A DNA stretch of 57,268 nucleotides from contig JBMFTM010000001.1 of assembly GCA_049967035.1 (NCBI GenBank), positions 1 through 57,268 on the forward strand, written 5' to 3'. The notes below the pieces were generated by a model. It was not told the origin of the DNA and did no database searches. It saw only the letters and a list, made by a program, of their open reading frames with translations. Both the position numbers and the translations under genes were made by a program. The DNA is from Candidatus Acidifodinimicrobium sp. (lineage in GTDB: Archaea; Nanobdellota; Nanobdellia; Parvarchaeales; Parvarchaeaceae). This document shows, one piece after another, positions 56,324 through 57,268 of this stretch (within the stretch, counting starts at the first letter, position 1; each line of letters begins with the position of its first letter).

Positions 56324-57268
56324 CTATTTGTAATAACTTTGGTAGAATTTTTCGTTGAATTTCAAAATATCCTTTGCGGTCTCATCATAGTAAAAAGTAG
56401 AGATGATCAGAGTCCTGTACCTCTTTCCTATTAGTTTGAAATGATCAAAGTGAAACTTACTGACATCGTCTTGCAGTTTGTTAAATGCCTCCAGATTTTG
56501 TAGCCAAATCCCAACAGTTAATATTATATATTTTTTAGGTATATGCAGTTTGCGTGGATCTATTATCCTCGTATTGTCAGCCATATAGATAGAGTTAATA
56601 TATCTATCTGAGTATCTATAAACTTTCTGCCTAAGAATTTTTATTTTTAATAGTACAATCTTTGCCAAAAATTCATATGAACGCGTTTTTCTGATTACAT
56701 CTTTGAAATGAAGTGCACCTTGAGCCTTTAAAGCGGCATCGGTTGCCTTGTAAAGTCTTATGAGTCTCTTTAATCTGCGGAATTTAAATCCAGAGTATCT
56801 TTCTTCCCTGTTTCCTCTTGCTATCTCGTTTTGGAACAGATGAACTGGCAAAGAATAGATTTTAATGCCTTTAGATAATGCCCTAGCATAAAGCTCCACA
56901 TCCTCTGCAGCTAGTAAGTCCCTCCAATTACCTATCCTATCCATGGTTCTTCTGTCCATGAAATGTATCGGGTTTATCAAAGAGTATGGTTTGTATGTTT
57001 TTATCAACCCTTCTATTACTTTCCTTAATATTGGTTCGTATATGTTGTCAAGGTCTATTGACATAAAATATTTGCCAGTAGAATGGTTGTAAGCTATCGC
57101 CCTTCCTAATCCTCTAGAGCACTTGGCTTGAATTATCTTGAAGTTTTTATACTTTTTTGAATAGGATTTAAGTATCTCCCAAGTTCCATCAGTAGAGAAG
57201 TTGTCGACTACAACGACCTCAAATCCACCTTTTAAACCATTAAACTGTTTTAAGATTGAATCTAAACT
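56324..57268 (-). CDS. family 2 glycosyltransferase (5' end beyond the window)
   Basis: The frame is open from the window edge. The N-terminal part reads ...EVVVVDNFSTDGTWEILKSY...RGLGRAIAYNHSTGKYFMSIDLDN (GT-A fold with DxD). The track ORF starting at M 57064 is an internal Met. Confidence 0.8.
   Translation of the reverse strand, partial: SLDSILKQFNGLKGGFEVVVVDNFSTDGTWEILKSYSKKYKNFKIIQAKCSRGLGRAIAYNHSTGKYFMSIDLDNIYEPILRKVIEGLIKTYKPYSLINPIHFMDRRTMDRIGNWRDLLAAEDVELYARALSKGIKIYSLPVHLFQNEIARGNREERYSGFKFRRLKRLIRLYKATDAALKAQGALHFKDVIRKTRSYEFLAKIVLLKIKILRQKVYRYSDRYINSIYMADNTRIIDPRKLHIPKKYIILTVGIWLQNLEAFNKLQDDVSKFHFDHFKLIGKRYRTLIISTFYYDETAKDILKFNEKFYQSYYK

Noticed and set aside
1-57268. Search for CRISPR arrays, tandem repeats, integrases, toxin-antitoxin or restriction/defence gene clusters.
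   Set aside because: I noticed no direct-repeat or spacer periodicity and no recognisable defence or integration genes. The only repeated sequence found is the IS605-like left-end pair.

Overview
This is an AT-rich, tightly packed archaeal chromosome segment made almost entirely of core information-processing genes. There is no obvious foreign island, CRISPR array or defence locus.

Gene content in order:
- Pop5, proteasome alpha, Sdo1/SBDS, Rrp4, Rrp41, a FAU-1-like protein, Rrp42 and RpoK.
- On the minus strand, the RFC large and small subunits, a KaiC-like ATPase and a disordered partner protein.
- An RNase P RNA that the ORF track cannot show.
- A short ribosomal block: L2, S19, L22, S3 and L29.
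- nuoJKLMN.
- Endonuclease III, a GNAT acetyltransferase, an Mtq2-like methyltransferase, SepF, tRNA-Leu, aMBF1 and PheRS beta/alpha.
- Fap7.
- The classical RpoH-B''-B'-A'-A''-L30e-NusA-S12-S7 block.
- Class II LysRS, an MgtC-like membrane protein and tRNA-Thr.
- TatD, RNase Z, Rpp30 and HtpX.
- TldD/PmbA, a PAC2 chaperone, an S2P protease, KsgA and a YchF-like GTPase.
- An N-glycosylation neighbourhood: flippase, a cupin PGI-like protein, AglB and a GT2 glycosyltransferase.
- Cmk, Cbf5 and tRNA-Pro.

The split rpoA and rpoB genes, SepF and the many overlapping genes suggest a small-genome, non-crenarchaeal archaeon. The lineage cannot be fixed from this window.

Main observations:
1. cbf5 is interrupted at its catalytic Asp codon by a 16-nt element. 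The element folds into a textbook bulge-helix-bulge splicing motif, and removing it restores GTLDPNVTG.
2. The PmbA N-terminal domain is open for 114 codons with no ATG, GTG or TTG start. It sits in the +1 frame relative to the tldD stop codon.
3. The RNase P RNA is compact and appears to lack room for P2/P3.
4. Two copies of an IS200/IS605-type left end carrying a truncated tnpB 5' fragment are fused onto the start codons of rnz and aglB.
5. The nuoJKLMN membrane-arm cluster stands alone without nuoA-I.
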